A stretch of DNA of 64,000 bases from a virus: UHGV virus genome UHGV-1682877; one strand, given 5' to 3'. Below, in pieces: positions 8,148-16,209 of this stretch. The notes beneath the pieces are model-generated. The model was not told the DNA's origin. It searched no databases and was given only the letters and a program-made list of their open reading frames with translations. The stretch's first letter is position 1. Every line of letters begins with the position of its first letter. A program made the position numbers and the translations under genes.

Positions 8148-9821
8148 ATGGAAGATTTTATGAACAAATTAAATCTTACTAAAGATGAAGATTTATTAGA
8201 TTTTTATTTTCAAACTTACGGCGATGATGAAGCTATGCCAGCAAGAAATTATCTTAAATTTTGGCATGAAGCTAAAAGTGAATACTTGCTTCCTCTTTTC
8301 AAGAATCAGCTTATTTACAAGAAAGAAATCAGTTTTGATGTAGATACTGAAATTCTTATTTCAAGAATTCACAGACTTTTTATTAAAGATAATAAAAATT
8401 CTAATATCTATTACAAACTTAAAAATAGATTATTTGAAATTGTTGATAATTTATTTCCTAATGTAAGTAAAGATATTCGTATAAACAAAGATGTTTCTTG
8501 TGATTCATACCTCTGGGTAAGTTCTTGTTTAAATTTTCGCACTCTAGCTTTGAATAGAACTGCAACTACTTTTCAATATAATAATTTTAAAATCCCGCAA
8601 GGTACAAAAGTTTTTAAAGCTTTTAAATCTTTTGTTAATTTTGCATTGAAAAATAAACTTATTGAACAAATTGAGTATGATGAAATAAATGATTTTATTG
8701 AATATTTGCGGATTCAACATTCTCAAGTATTTAACCAAAAAAAGATTTCCGGCAATTTATGTATCTCAATTCATCCTATGGATTATATTACCATGAGTGA
8801 TAATGGTAATAATTGGGAATCTTGTATGCGCTGGGGCGATGGCGGAGGAGATTATAAAGTAGGTACTTTGGAAATGCTTAATTCTCCTTCTGTTGTAGTT
8901 TGTTATCTTGAAAGCAAAAAACCTTGGAATATCAATGATGATTATTCCTGGAATAATAAGAAATGGCGGGAATTATTTATTGTTGATAAAAATTTTATTT
9001 GTGGTATCAAAGGTTATCCATATCCTAGTGTTTATTTGGAGACTATGTGCGCTAATTGGTTAGCAGATTTAGTTGAAGAATATTATCACAATAAGTTTGA
9101 TAGAACTAATTTCCGCTATGATAAAAAAATTACATTTGAAACTATTCTAATGTATAATGATATTAATGCAAATGGAGAATGTTTTTTATACTACTCAGAG
9201 GATGCTATTGAAGCAGATGAAGAAATTGAATTTAATTACAGTGGATATGCAAGATGTTTGAGATGCGGTGAAATTATTTCTGAAGATTGGACAGATTCAG
9301 ATACTTTATCTAGTATGTTTCTTTGTCCTAATTGCGCAGGTTTGATATTTTGTGCAGATTGTGGCGATTTAATTAATCCAGAAGATTATGGCGTTGAACA
9401 CAATGGAAACTGGTATTGTGAAGAATGTATGTTAGATCATGGCTTCTTCTGTAGTGAGTGTGATGAATTTCATTGGAATGATGAAGATGAAAACACCGCA
9501 ATTTATGTTGCGTACAAAGATAAAAATTCTGAACAAGTAGAATTAAGAATACTTAATTATTTATGCTCTGATTGTATTAATGAAAATCTTGAATATGGAA
9601 ATATTGTTGAAGTAGAATATGAAGGCAAAAAATATTATGTTGCCACTGTTGATTTTATTACTTCAGAATATATTAGTCAAGTTTCTCGCTATGGCGATAA
9701 AGATGGACATAAAATGATTTCTACCTTTGCTTTTTACCATGATTTAACTCTTAATAAAACAATCTTGTACAATCCTGAATACTTTATCAATAAGGAGTAT
9801 TTAAATGAAGAAAATGACTAA
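8148..9821 (+). CDS. large hypothetical protein with C-terminal CxxC zinc-ribbon clusters (paralog of 11928..13232)
   Basis: 557-aa ORF; AAAGGAG SD; at least four CxxC pairs in the C-terminal third; shared blocks with 11928 ORF. Confidence 0.7.
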   Translation: MEDFMNKLNLTKDEDLLDFYFQTYGDDEAMPARNYLKFWHEAKSEYLLPLFKNQLIYKKEISFDVDTEILISRIHRLFIKDNKNSNIYYKLKNRLFEIVDNLFPNVSKDIRINKDVSCDSYLWVSSCLNFRTLALNRTATTFQYNNFKIPQGTKVFKAFKSFVNFALKNKLIEQIEYDEINDFIEYLRIQHSQVFNQKKISGNLCISIHPMDYITMSDNGNNWESCMRWGDGGGDYKVGTLEMLNSPSVVVCYLESKKPWNINDDYSWNNKKWRELFIVDKNFICGIKGYPYPSVYLETMCANWLADLVEEYYHNKFDRTNFRYDKKITFETILMYNDINANGECFLYYSEDAIEADEEIEFNYSGYARCLRCGEIISEDWTDSDTLSSMFLCPNCAGLIFCADCGDLINPEDYGVEHNGNWYCEECMLDHGFFCSECDEFHWNDEDENTAIYVAYKDKNSEQVELRILNYLCSDCINENLEYGNIVEVEYEGKKYYVATVDFITSEYISQVSRYGDKDGHKMISTFAFYHDLTLNKTILYNPEYFINKEYLNEEND

Positions 9822-10182
9822 AAAAGATTATTATAAAAAAATTCTCCAACATTTTGGAGATAATTGCCCAGAATCAGAAATGATTAGAAATTTCCTTGAA
9901 AATGAAATTATGTTGCTTGATAGAAAAACAGAGTCTGCAAAGTTAAAAGCTATTGAAGCAAAAGAAAAAGGTGATGAATTGCGCGAACAGATTTATGACA
10001 TTTTGCCCAGCTGCGAGGAAAATCCCATCCCTGTTTCTAAAATAAAAGAAATTTTAAATAATGATTTAATTACTTCTCAAAAAATTTCTGCACGTTTAAC
10101 TCAGTTATTTAAATTAAACAAAATTGAGAAACAAGAAATTTCTTTTGAAGGTCAGAAAAAGACTGGATATAGAAAAATTTAA
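9805..10182 (+). CDS. hypothetical protein
   Basis: 125-aa ORF; TAAGGAG SD. Confidence 0.55.
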   Translation: MKKMTKKDYYKKILQHFGDNCPESEMIRNFLENEIMLLDRKTESAKLKAIEAKEKGDELREQIYDILPSCEENPIPVSKIKEILNNDLITSQKISARLTQLFKLNKIEKQEISFEGQKKTGYRKI

Positions 10183-10190
10183 GAAGATAA

Positions 10191-10218
10191 AGAGGAGAAT
10201 TTTTTCTCCTCTTTTTTA
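10191..10218 (+). terminator. rho-independent terminator (agaggagaa / ctcctct + T-run)
   Basis: Read directly. Confidence 0.7.
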
Positions 10219-10280
10219 TTACCATAATTATAATAACATATTTTTTGCTAAAAATAAAGTTTGAAACTTTTAGCTTGGCT

Positions 10281-10328
10281 TAGGTCGGGGCGGAGACGTG
10301 CGAATAAAAATAGCTTTAACAAATTTTT
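10281..10328 (+). promoter_or_regulatory. conserved GC-rich 45-nt motif, copy A (ggtcggggcggagacgtgcgaataaaaatagctttaacaaatttttt)
   Basis: One of three near-identical copies (with 17754 and 52119) of a GC-rich block in an AT-rich genome. Confidence 0.6.
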
Positions 10329-10350
10329 TAAAGGATAAAGGAGAATAACA

Positions 10351-11127
10351 ATGTTATATAGTTTAAATACAAGACTAAAAAAATTAATGCCAGATGAAAT
10401 CAAATGTCAAATAAATAGATTAGGAGACATTTTTGATTTAATTAAAGAAAATCCAGACATTAGATGTAATATTCAATACACTAATATGGGCGAATTATCT
10501 GAAAAAAAACTGGATGAACAAATTGATTTCATTAAAGAAGTGGCAAAAGATTATACAATAGCTGTAATTAATTTCCAAGATTTGCGGAAATTAAAAGCAA
10601 AAGGCTATAATGTATATTTAGATTTGCCGGTTTCAGATTGGGAAACTTTTAATAATTTAAAAAATATTGGCGTTTCAGATATTTACATTGACGGAGCTTT
10701 AGGATTCCAAATGGAGAAAATTGGAAAAGCAAAAGGAAAAATAAAGATTAGGGTTACTCCGCATATGTCGCCAAATGCGCAATGGTCATCTTCAGATAAT
10801 GAAAATTCTTTTTATATTCGACCAGAAGATATAGATAATTATTCTAAATATGTAGATATTTTAGACTTTAGAGATAACAGCAAAGATGCAGAAGAAACTT
10901 TATTCAATATTTATAAAAGGAAGATTTTTCCTTTTGATTTAAATAATTTAATTAGACAACTGAATTTACCAACTAATAATATTTATATTGCAAATAGTTT
11001 TTGTTCAAACAGATTGAATTGCGGGCAAAGATGTCAGGAGCCTGATATTTCTTGTCATTTATGTAGAAATGCAATTTTAATTTCTAATAAAATGAATGAA
11101 TATATTAGTTTAACGGAAAAAAATTGA
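10351..11127 (+). CDS. hypothetical protein
   Basis: 258-aa ORF; AAAGGAGAA SD; Cys cluster near C-terminus. Confidence 0.6.
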   Translation: MLYSLNTRLKKLMPDEIKCQINRLGDIFDLIKENPDIRCNIQYTNMGELSEKKLDEQIDFIKEVAKDYTIAVINFQDLRKLKAKGYNVYLDLPVSDWETFNNLKNIGVSDIYIDGALGFQMEKIGKAKGKIKIRVTPHMSPNAQWSSSDNENSFYIRPEDIDNYSKYVDILDFRDNSKDAEETLFNIYKRKIFPFDLNNLIRQLNLPTNNIYIANSFCSNRLNCGQRCQEPDISCHLCRNAILISNKMNEYISLTEKN

Positions 11128-11177
11128 TTTTCTTTAAAAAATATAATATAATATTTATATAATAAAAGAAATAATAA

Positions 11178-11214
11178 GTTTTATAAAACTCACCAAAGGT
11201 GAGTTTTATAAAAC
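11178..11214. promoter_or_regulatory. long perfect palindrome (agttttataaaactcacc aaa ggtgagttttataaaac); bidirectional terminator or operator
   Basis: Core is repeated at 37386-37420. Confidence 0.5.
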
Positions 11215-11236
11215 AAATAAGAAAGATGGGGATGAT

Positions 11237-11962
11237 ATGAAACTAAATAATTATGATTATAGATTTTTAAAAAAGTTGTTACAGTCTACACAGCATGAAC
11301 TATTAGAATTTTTACCCAAAGCGCTTAATGCCATTTACCATAAAGAAGATATTATTATTACCAATAATTATATTTGCGCTAAAGGTGATATCCCAGTAGC
11401 TTTAGTTGCTCATTTAGATACCGTATATCCAGAACCACCTAAACAGATTTTTCATGATCCAGAATATAATATTATTTGGGGAACAAATGGTTTGGGTGCA
11501 GATGATAGAGCAGGCGTTTTTGCTATTTTAAATATTTTAGAATGTGGCTATAAGCCTACTGTAATTTTTTGTTGCGATGAAGAAAATGGCGGTTTAGGTG
11601 CTTATCAACTGACTAAAGATTTTTCAAAACCTTTCACCAATTTTGAAATGCTTATTGAGCTAGACCGCCAAGGAACAAAAGATGCAGTATATTATTCATT
11701 AAATAACACTGATTTTGAAAATTATATCAATAATTATGGATTTGAAACTGCGGTAGGTGTATTCACAGATATTTGTATTCTAGGCCCAATTTGGGATGTT
11801 CCCGCAGTTAATCTTTCTGTTGGTTATTTTAATGAACATAGTTATGCGGAAATGCTTTATTACCCAGCTTTATTTGATACTATTGATAAGGTTTGTTTAA
11901 TTTTAGAAGAAAAGAGGACAAAAGACTTTGAATTTACAGAAATCACTGGAAGCAGCAATTAA
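11237..11962 (+). CDS. Zn-dependent peptidase-like protein (M20/M28/M42-type motifs)
   Basis: AHLDTV and GADDRAGV resemble the metal-ligand motifs of co-catalytic zinc aminopeptidases; only 241 aa, so possibly a truncated or non-catalytic homolog. Confidence 0.45.
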   Translation: MKLNNYDYRFLKKLLQSTQHELLEFLPKALNAIYHKEDIIITNNYICAKGDIPVALVAHLDTVYPEPPKQIFHDPEYNIIWGTNGLGADDRAGVFAILNILECGYKPTVIFCCDEENGGLGAYQLTKDFSKPFTNFEMLIELDRQGTKDAVYYSLNNTDFENYINNYGFETAVGVFTDICILGPIWDVPAVNLSVGYFNEHSYAEMLYYPALFDTIDKVCLILEEKRTKDFEFTEITGSSN

Positions 11963-13232
11963 ATATTCTCAAAATTATTCTTTTCCTCTTGATTGTGAAG
12001 AAATAATTACTTCTTGGGAAATTAATAAAGCTAAATTGAACAAAGAATATTTGAACGAAAAAATTACTTTACAATTAACTGATGAACCAGTATCTATTAC
12101 TCTTGATGAAACTTTTAGAAGAGATAGTTTTTTTGAATTTATTGATAAAGTTATGAATTTGTTGGAACCATCTGAAGATGCTCCAGATAGTGAAATAGAA
12201 CTATATTACCATTTTTATGATTTTCTTAGTGATAATGTAAATAATTTTTATTCTAATATTGTTACTTCAGATTTTTTAAATATTGTAAAACGTGGAAGTA
12301 AAATTATTAAATCTTTTAAATATTTTGTTAAAGATAAACAAAAGCTCAGAAAAATCCAGGATATGGCAAGTGAATTAATTCAAACACAAAAAATTTCTGG
12401 ATATTTATTTGCTTCTATTGATCCATTTGAATTTTTAACTTCTAGTGAGAATAATTGCAATTGGCGTTCTTGTCATTCATTAGATGGAGATTATCGTGCG
12501 GGAAATATTAGCTATATGAATGATCAATCTACTATTATTGTATTTTTAGCAAATGAAGAAAAAATCAATGTAGACTGTTTACCAAAATCTATCAAAGTCT
12601 ATAATAAAAAATGGAGAATGTTAATTCATATAAATCAAAATGATAATATAATTTATTATGGAAGGCAATATCCTTCTTATAATAAAAATTTATTAGATTT
12701 AGTTTATAGTAAATTATTTTGTGATAAAGGTTTTATGCCTCCTAAAAAGGTTACTTTTGACCAAATTAATTTAAATCAGGATAATTGTATTGATTTAGAC
12801 CACAATTATATGGCATTAAATAACAAAGTTTTTGATACTTTAGAGTTAATTGATATTCCAGAAAATTCGTTAAATTATAATGATATTGTATATTCTTCAT
12901 TCTACCAAACGCAAGTCAGTATTAATAGAGAATATAAATATTATTATAGTAAAGATAAGCAAAAGACAATAGATTTATTTTTAACTAAAGTTGGTTATCC
13001 TGTTGCTTGCGCTTGCGGATGTGGCAGAAAAGTAAGTAATTCGGCAAGCTTTATTTGTGATACTTGTGCAGAAAAATATAATGCTGAAGGAAATTTATAT
13101 CCAATTTGCTCTTGTTGTGGACAAAGAATAAATTTAAAAGATAAACAGAGTTATAAACAAGAAGAAGAAGGTCTTTATTGTAGTCTTTGTTGGCGAGGAA
13201 TTAAGTCACTTGAACGTCAATTGAATTTTTAA
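11928..13232 (+). CDS. hypothetical protein with C-terminal CxxC clusters (paralog of 8148..9821)
   Basis: 434-aa ORF; TTG start in track; conserved NW(E/R)SC block and KKWR block shared with 8148 ORF. Confidence 0.6.
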   Translation: MNLQKSLEAAIKYSQNYSFPLDCEEIITSWEINKAKLNKEYLNEKITLQLTDEPVSITLDETFRRDSFFEFIDKVMNLLEPSEDAPDSEIELYYHFYDFLSDNVNNFYSNIVTSDFLNIVKRGSKIIKSFKYFVKDKQKLRKIQDMASELIQTQKISGYLFASIDPFEFLTSSENNCNWRSCHSLDGDYRAGNISYMNDQSTIIVFLANEEKINVDCLPKSIKVYNKKWRMLIHINQNDNIIYYGRQYPSYNKNLLDLVYSKLFCDKGFMPPKKVTFDQINLNQDNCIDLDHNYMALNNKVFDTLELIDIPENSLNYNDIVYSSFYQTQVSINREYKYYYSKDKQKTIDLFLTKVGYPVACACGCGRKVSNSASFICDTCAEKYNAEGNLYPICSCCGQRINLKDKQSYKQEEEGLYCSLCWRGIKSLERQLNF

Positions 13233-13262
13233 TAAAAATATATTATAATATATTTAGAAAAT
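13221..13262 (+). promoter_or_regulatory. sigma70-like promoter (-35 TTGAAT, -10 TATAAT 13244-13249) with leader
   Basis: 17-bp spacing. Confidence 0.6.
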
Positions 13263-13279
13263 TAAGAAAGGAATAAAAT

Positions 13280-13738
13280 ATGACTGTAAAAGAGCATGAA
13301 GTAAAAGTTTTTAAATGGCATTATACTTTGGTTAAAAGTTCAGCCATTTTTTATTTAAAAGATTTTATTAATCAAAATGTTTCAGATATTGATTATTATA
13401 TTGCTGATAATAATGAAAGTAATAAAATTATTTTGAATATTAACGGAGTAGAGTATCGTCTTTTAATTAATGATTATCTTCTTTATGACCCTTATTATAA
13501 TACTTTTGTCATATTAGAAAAATCTCCAGAATCTCTTTTTAAAGAATATGAAAAAGATTATGTTATTAAATTTTTAGATAATTATATTGGTAAAAATTTT
13601 CATGATATAAATACTATTTTTAGTTGTGCAAAACATTTTTCTTCTAAAGAAGAAGCTGAAAAAGTAGTAGATTTTTTAGTTGATAATTTTAATAGTAGCA
13701 GAGCTTGTTTTGAAATTATTGACTTAAATGAGGAATAA
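13280..13738 (+). CDS. hypothetical protein (intact paralog of 13741..14036)
   Basis: 152-aa ORF; SD AAGAAAGGA. Confidence 0.6.
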   Translation: MTVKEHEVKVFKWHYTLVKSSAIFYLKDFINQNVSDIDYYIADNNESNKIILNINGVEYRLLINDYLLYDPYYNTFVILEKSPESLFKEYEKDYVIKFLDNYIGKNFHDINTIFSCAKHFSSKEEAEKVVDFLVDNFNSSRACFEIIDLNEE

Positions 13739-13740
13739 TT

Positions 13741-14036
13741 ATGGATAATATTATTGAACGAAAAGTTAAAATATTTTGTTGGCATTTTATTATTGATAAA
13801 AAAATGGCTATTTCTTGTTTAGAAGATTTTTGAATAATATTAATGATATTTCTTTTTATATTTTTACAAGCACTCATAATGATGTTATTCATTTTAAAAT
13901 TAATGAAAAAGAATATGTTCTTTTAATGGGAGATTATTTGGTTTATGATTCTTATTATGAGAATTTTGCTATATTTCATAAACTTCCAAAATATATTCGT
14001 AAAATACAACAAATTGAAAATTTAAAAAATAAATGA
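13741..14036 (+). pseudogene. frameshifted paralog of 13280..13738 (ATG 13741 reads 30 codons to TGA 13831-13833; homology continues in -1 frame as ORF 13815..14036)
   Basis: Both reading frames align with consecutive segments of the upstream paralog; shift lies on a T5 run. Confidence 0.5.
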
Positions 14037-14055
14037 TATAATATATATACAAAGT
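14014..14055 (+). promoter_or_regulatory. sigma70-like promoter (-35 TTGAAA 14014-14019, extended -10 TGATATAAT) with leader
   Basis: 17-bp spacing. Confidence 0.6.
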
Positions 14056-14078
14056 TAAGAAAGGAATAAAAAAAAATA

Positions 14079-14387
14079 ATGGCTAGACGCGGTGACAAAG
14101 CAAGAGAACAGGTAATGCAGAAGATTGTTGATGTTTTTGGTGATGATTTCTGCTGTATTGATAATAAGAAGATTTATGTGAATGGTCACGAAGGTGGCGA
14201 AACTATTCAATTTGCTATTAGTTTGACAATGCCAAAGACACCTGTTACTGGTGGTTCTACTAATCGAAATATTACCACTGGTAATCCAAATGATTGGACT
14301 GAGAAGGAAGTTAAGACTGCGGAAATTAGTGATGAAGACGCTGAGACAATCAAAAGATTAAAGGAAACTCTGGGTATTGTTGATTAA
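14079..14387 (+). CDS. hypothetical protein
   Basis: 102-aa ORF; SD AAGAAAGGA; elevated GC codon choice. Confidence 0.6.
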   Translation: MARRGDKAREQVMQKIVDVFGDDFCCIDNKKIYVNGHEGGETIQFAISLTMPKTPVTGGSTNRNITTGNPNDWTEKEVKTAEISDEDAETIKRLKETLGIVD

Positions 14388-14430
14388 TTGATTTTATAAA
14401 AAAATTATGATATAATATTAATAGAAAATA
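14388..14430 (+). promoter_or_regulatory. promoter of tRNA array 1 (-35 TTGATT, extended -10 TGATATAAT 14408-14416)
   Basis: 17-bp spacing; no ORF follows, tRNAs do. Confidence 0.55.
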
Positions 14431-14648
14431 AGAAATACAATATTTTCTATACTAACCAATCAAAATTACTTGAGAGATATTACTACCTAAACTTCACTCT
14501 TAAAAAGAAGGTTCATAGGTGAGGTTCACGGATGGGTCACAAGGCTACGGCTTAACCAAGAAGATAAAACGCCTTTCGCTGAAGAGCGAAACATAAATAC
14601 TAAGGTTCAATGATTGGTGACTTCTAAAATCGAAAAAGAACCTTATAT

Positions 14649-14724
14649 AGTGTTGTAGCTCAGTAGGTTAGAGCCAGCGACTTATAATCGCTAGACGTGG
14701 GTTCAAATCCCAACAGCACTACCA
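14649..14724 (+). tRNA. tRNA with anticodon TAT (Ile-type, reads AUA); CCA encoded
   Basis: Hand-folded cloverleaf: acceptor agtgttg/cagcact, D-stem gctc/gagc, anticodon stem agcga/tcgct with loop cTTATAa, T-loop ttcaaat. Confidence 0.7.
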
Positions 14725-14955
14725 TTAATAATTTAAATGTAATAAAAGTTTGATGTATACAAATGTTGCGTCATTTGAATCCCTCCCTTTGCTACAATCA
14801 ACGTTTGATTTACATTTGGAAAAAGTGATAGAAAATCACATGGAATTACTTTTAGCCAACCGAGTATCAATGTTATTAACTAAAACTTTTTCACTTTTAT
14901 ATTAACTTTTAAATTATATCTTTTAGTTTGCGGTCTAAATTGTAAAACCGCATAT

Positions 14956-15033
14956 GGCACTGTAGCCCAATCGGAAGCAGGCAGTAGACTTAAAATCTAT
15001 TCAGTGTGGGTTCGAGTCCCATCAGTGCTACCA
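14956..15033 (+). tRNA. atypical tRNA: anticodon TAA (Leu-type) but short variable loop; CCA encoded
   Basis: Acceptor ggcactg/cagtgct, anticodon stem gtaga/tctat with loop cTTAAAa, T-arm gtgggttcgagtcccat identical to Leu(TAA) at 25100; identity uncertain. Confidence 0.55.
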
Positions 15034-15179
15034 TCACAGATTGTTGTGCGATTTAACTGTGTTAAATAAATTAAAATCGCGTTGCACAGTTCTTCCTTTA
15101 AGGAGTAGTTATGTTATATAATGAATGAACTAAAAAATTAATACTATGTTAGAATTGTATTAATTATTAAAAATTTTGG

Positions 15180-15215
15180 TTGACTTTAATTAATAAATAT
15201 GTTATAATATTTATA
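15180..15215 (+). promoter_or_regulatory. sigma70-like promoter (-35 TTGACT 15180-15185, -10 TATAAT 15203-15208)
   Basis: Consensus -35 with 17-bp spacing. Confidence 0.65.
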
Positions 15216-15234
15216 TAAGATTAACCAAAGAAAT

Positions 15235-15316
15235 GTTGGATTGATGGAATGGTAGACATAGTAGCCTTAGAAGCTACCGCGTAAGCGTAAGAGTTCAAGT
15301 CTCTTATCCAACACCA
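15235..15316 (+). tRNA. tRNA-Leu (anticodon TAG), type II with long variable arm; CCA encoded
   Basis: Acceptor gttggat/atccaac, D-loop gaatggtaga, anticodon loop cTTAGAa, variable arm cgcgtaagcgt, T-arm aagagttcaagtctctt. Confidence 0.8.
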
Positions 15317-15340
15317 TTAGACAGACACAGCAATCTTTAT

Positions 15341-15410
15341 ACAAGTAACGACATGCAGGTTCGATTCCTGTCTTTACGCATCTGTAAAGTAGCCTATTGG
15401 TAAGGTATTT
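15341..15410 (+). ncRNA. tRNA-like element without canonical cloverleaf (T-arm gcaggttcgattcctgt, then closed hairpin ctttac/gtaaag, then D-loop-like tattggtaa)
   Basis: T-arm consensus present but no acceptor or anticodon pairing could be found; same architecture as the element at 26395-26520. Confidence 0.3.
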
Positions 15411-15442
15411 ATTTTGTTTAAAGCTGTCTAGTAAATCTCAAT

Positions 15443-15485
15443 TTGAAAAATAAAAAAAATTATGATATAATATTTATAGAAAGTT
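15443..15485 (+). promoter_or_regulatory. sigma70-like promoter (-35 TTGAAA 15443-15448, extended -10 TGATATAAT) with leader
   Basis: 17-bp spacing. Confidence 0.6.
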
Positions 15486-15497
15486 GAGGTTGATTTA

Positions 15498-15623
15498 ATG
15501 TTTTATTGGGATTCCTTTGATTGTGAAATTCAGTCTGATGAAATTGGTAGTATTACTAATCAGGAGAATGAATATGAAGAAACAGAAGAACAAGAATTTA
15601 TGGGCGAAAAAGAGTGGCGATGA
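15498..15623 (+). CDS. hypothetical small acidic protein (41 aa; weak)
   Basis: ATG 8 nt after GAGGT SD that follows the promoter; competes with the Lys-rich track ORF 15517..15726. Confidence 0.35.
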   Translation: MFYWDSFDCEIQSDEIGSITNQENEYEETEEQEFMGEKEWR

Positions 15624-15711
15624 ACTTCAAGAGTATTTGCAATTTCGCCGCAGAGGTAGTAAAGTAAAACCTAAAAAGGGCAAAGGTTCCTTTAAAAGAA
15701 AAAAGAAATTT

Positions 15712-15788
15712 GGATCCATAGCGTAATTGGTTAGCGCAACGGACTGTTAATCCGTGGGTTGTTCGTTCAAGTCGAACTGGATCCGCCA
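15712..15788 (+). tRNA. tRNA-Asn (anticodon GTT); CCA encoded
   Basis: Acceptor ggatcca/tggatcc, anticodon stem acgga/tccgt with loop cTGTTAa, T-arm gttcgttcaagtcgaac. Confidence 0.85.
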
Positions 15789-15801
15789 TATATTTTAATT
15801 A

Positions 15802-15877
15802 GCTCCTATCGACAAGTTGGTTAAGTCGCTAGCCCTTCAAGCTAGAGTCGCGGGATCGTAGCCCGCTAGGAGTACCA
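15802..15877 (+). tRNA. tRNA-Glu-like (anticodon TTC), non-canonical T-loop; CCA encoded
   Basis: Acceptor gctccta/taggagt, anticodon stem ctagc/gctag with loop ccTTCaa, T-arm gcggg-atcgtag-cccgc. Confidence 0.55.
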
Positions 15878-15956
15878 TAATGAAAGACACATACAGCAAT
15901 TTATTTAATATTATAAAAAATGGCAGAAAATTTTTATACAAGTGTCTTGTTTATAT

Positions 15957-16013
15957 ATTGCAGGCAGGTTAAAGCCCTGTGCGTCGCTGGTTCAAATCCA
16001 GCCTGTGATACCA
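15957..16013 (+). ncRNA. tRNA-like mini-element (T-arm gctggttcaaatccagc plus short hairpin; no D-arm found)
   Basis: T-arm consensus and terminal CCA seen, but no full cloverleaf could be built. Confidence 0.25.
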
Positions 16014-16014
16014 T

Positions 16015-16087
16015 TGCGGAGTAGAGAAACGGTTATCTCGCAACCCTCATAAGGTTGAGAAAGGTGGTTCGACTCCATCCTCTCGCA
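16015..16087 (+). tRNA. tRNA with anticodon CAT (Met or lysidine-Ile2 type)
   Basis: D-stem gaga/tctc, anticodon stem caacc/ggttg with loop cTCATaa, T-arm ggtggttcgactccatc; acceptor pairing imperfect, so ends are approximate. Confidence 0.6.
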
Positions 16088-16209
16088 GAGACATAATCAA
16101 CCACCTCCACGCGGTATGTCTTGGGTAAAGCGAACGGTTGAATGATTTTGGGTACATTTGGATAATTTAGTAGCCAAAAAAACTCCATAATATAATGGAG
16201 GGATGTATA

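Noticed and set aside
14740-14830. Possible tRNA between tRNA-Ile(TAT) and the atypical TAA tRNA
   Set aside because: Contains gaatccc-like sequence but I could not build any acceptor, D or anticodon stems.
15517-15789. Lys-rich + strand ORF 15517..15726 and minus ORF 15598..15789
   Set aside because: Both run into or across tRNA-Asn (15712..15788); the track start of the + ORF has no SD. A shorter acidic ORF 15498..15623 with a proper SD is the more plausible small gene, though itself low confidence.
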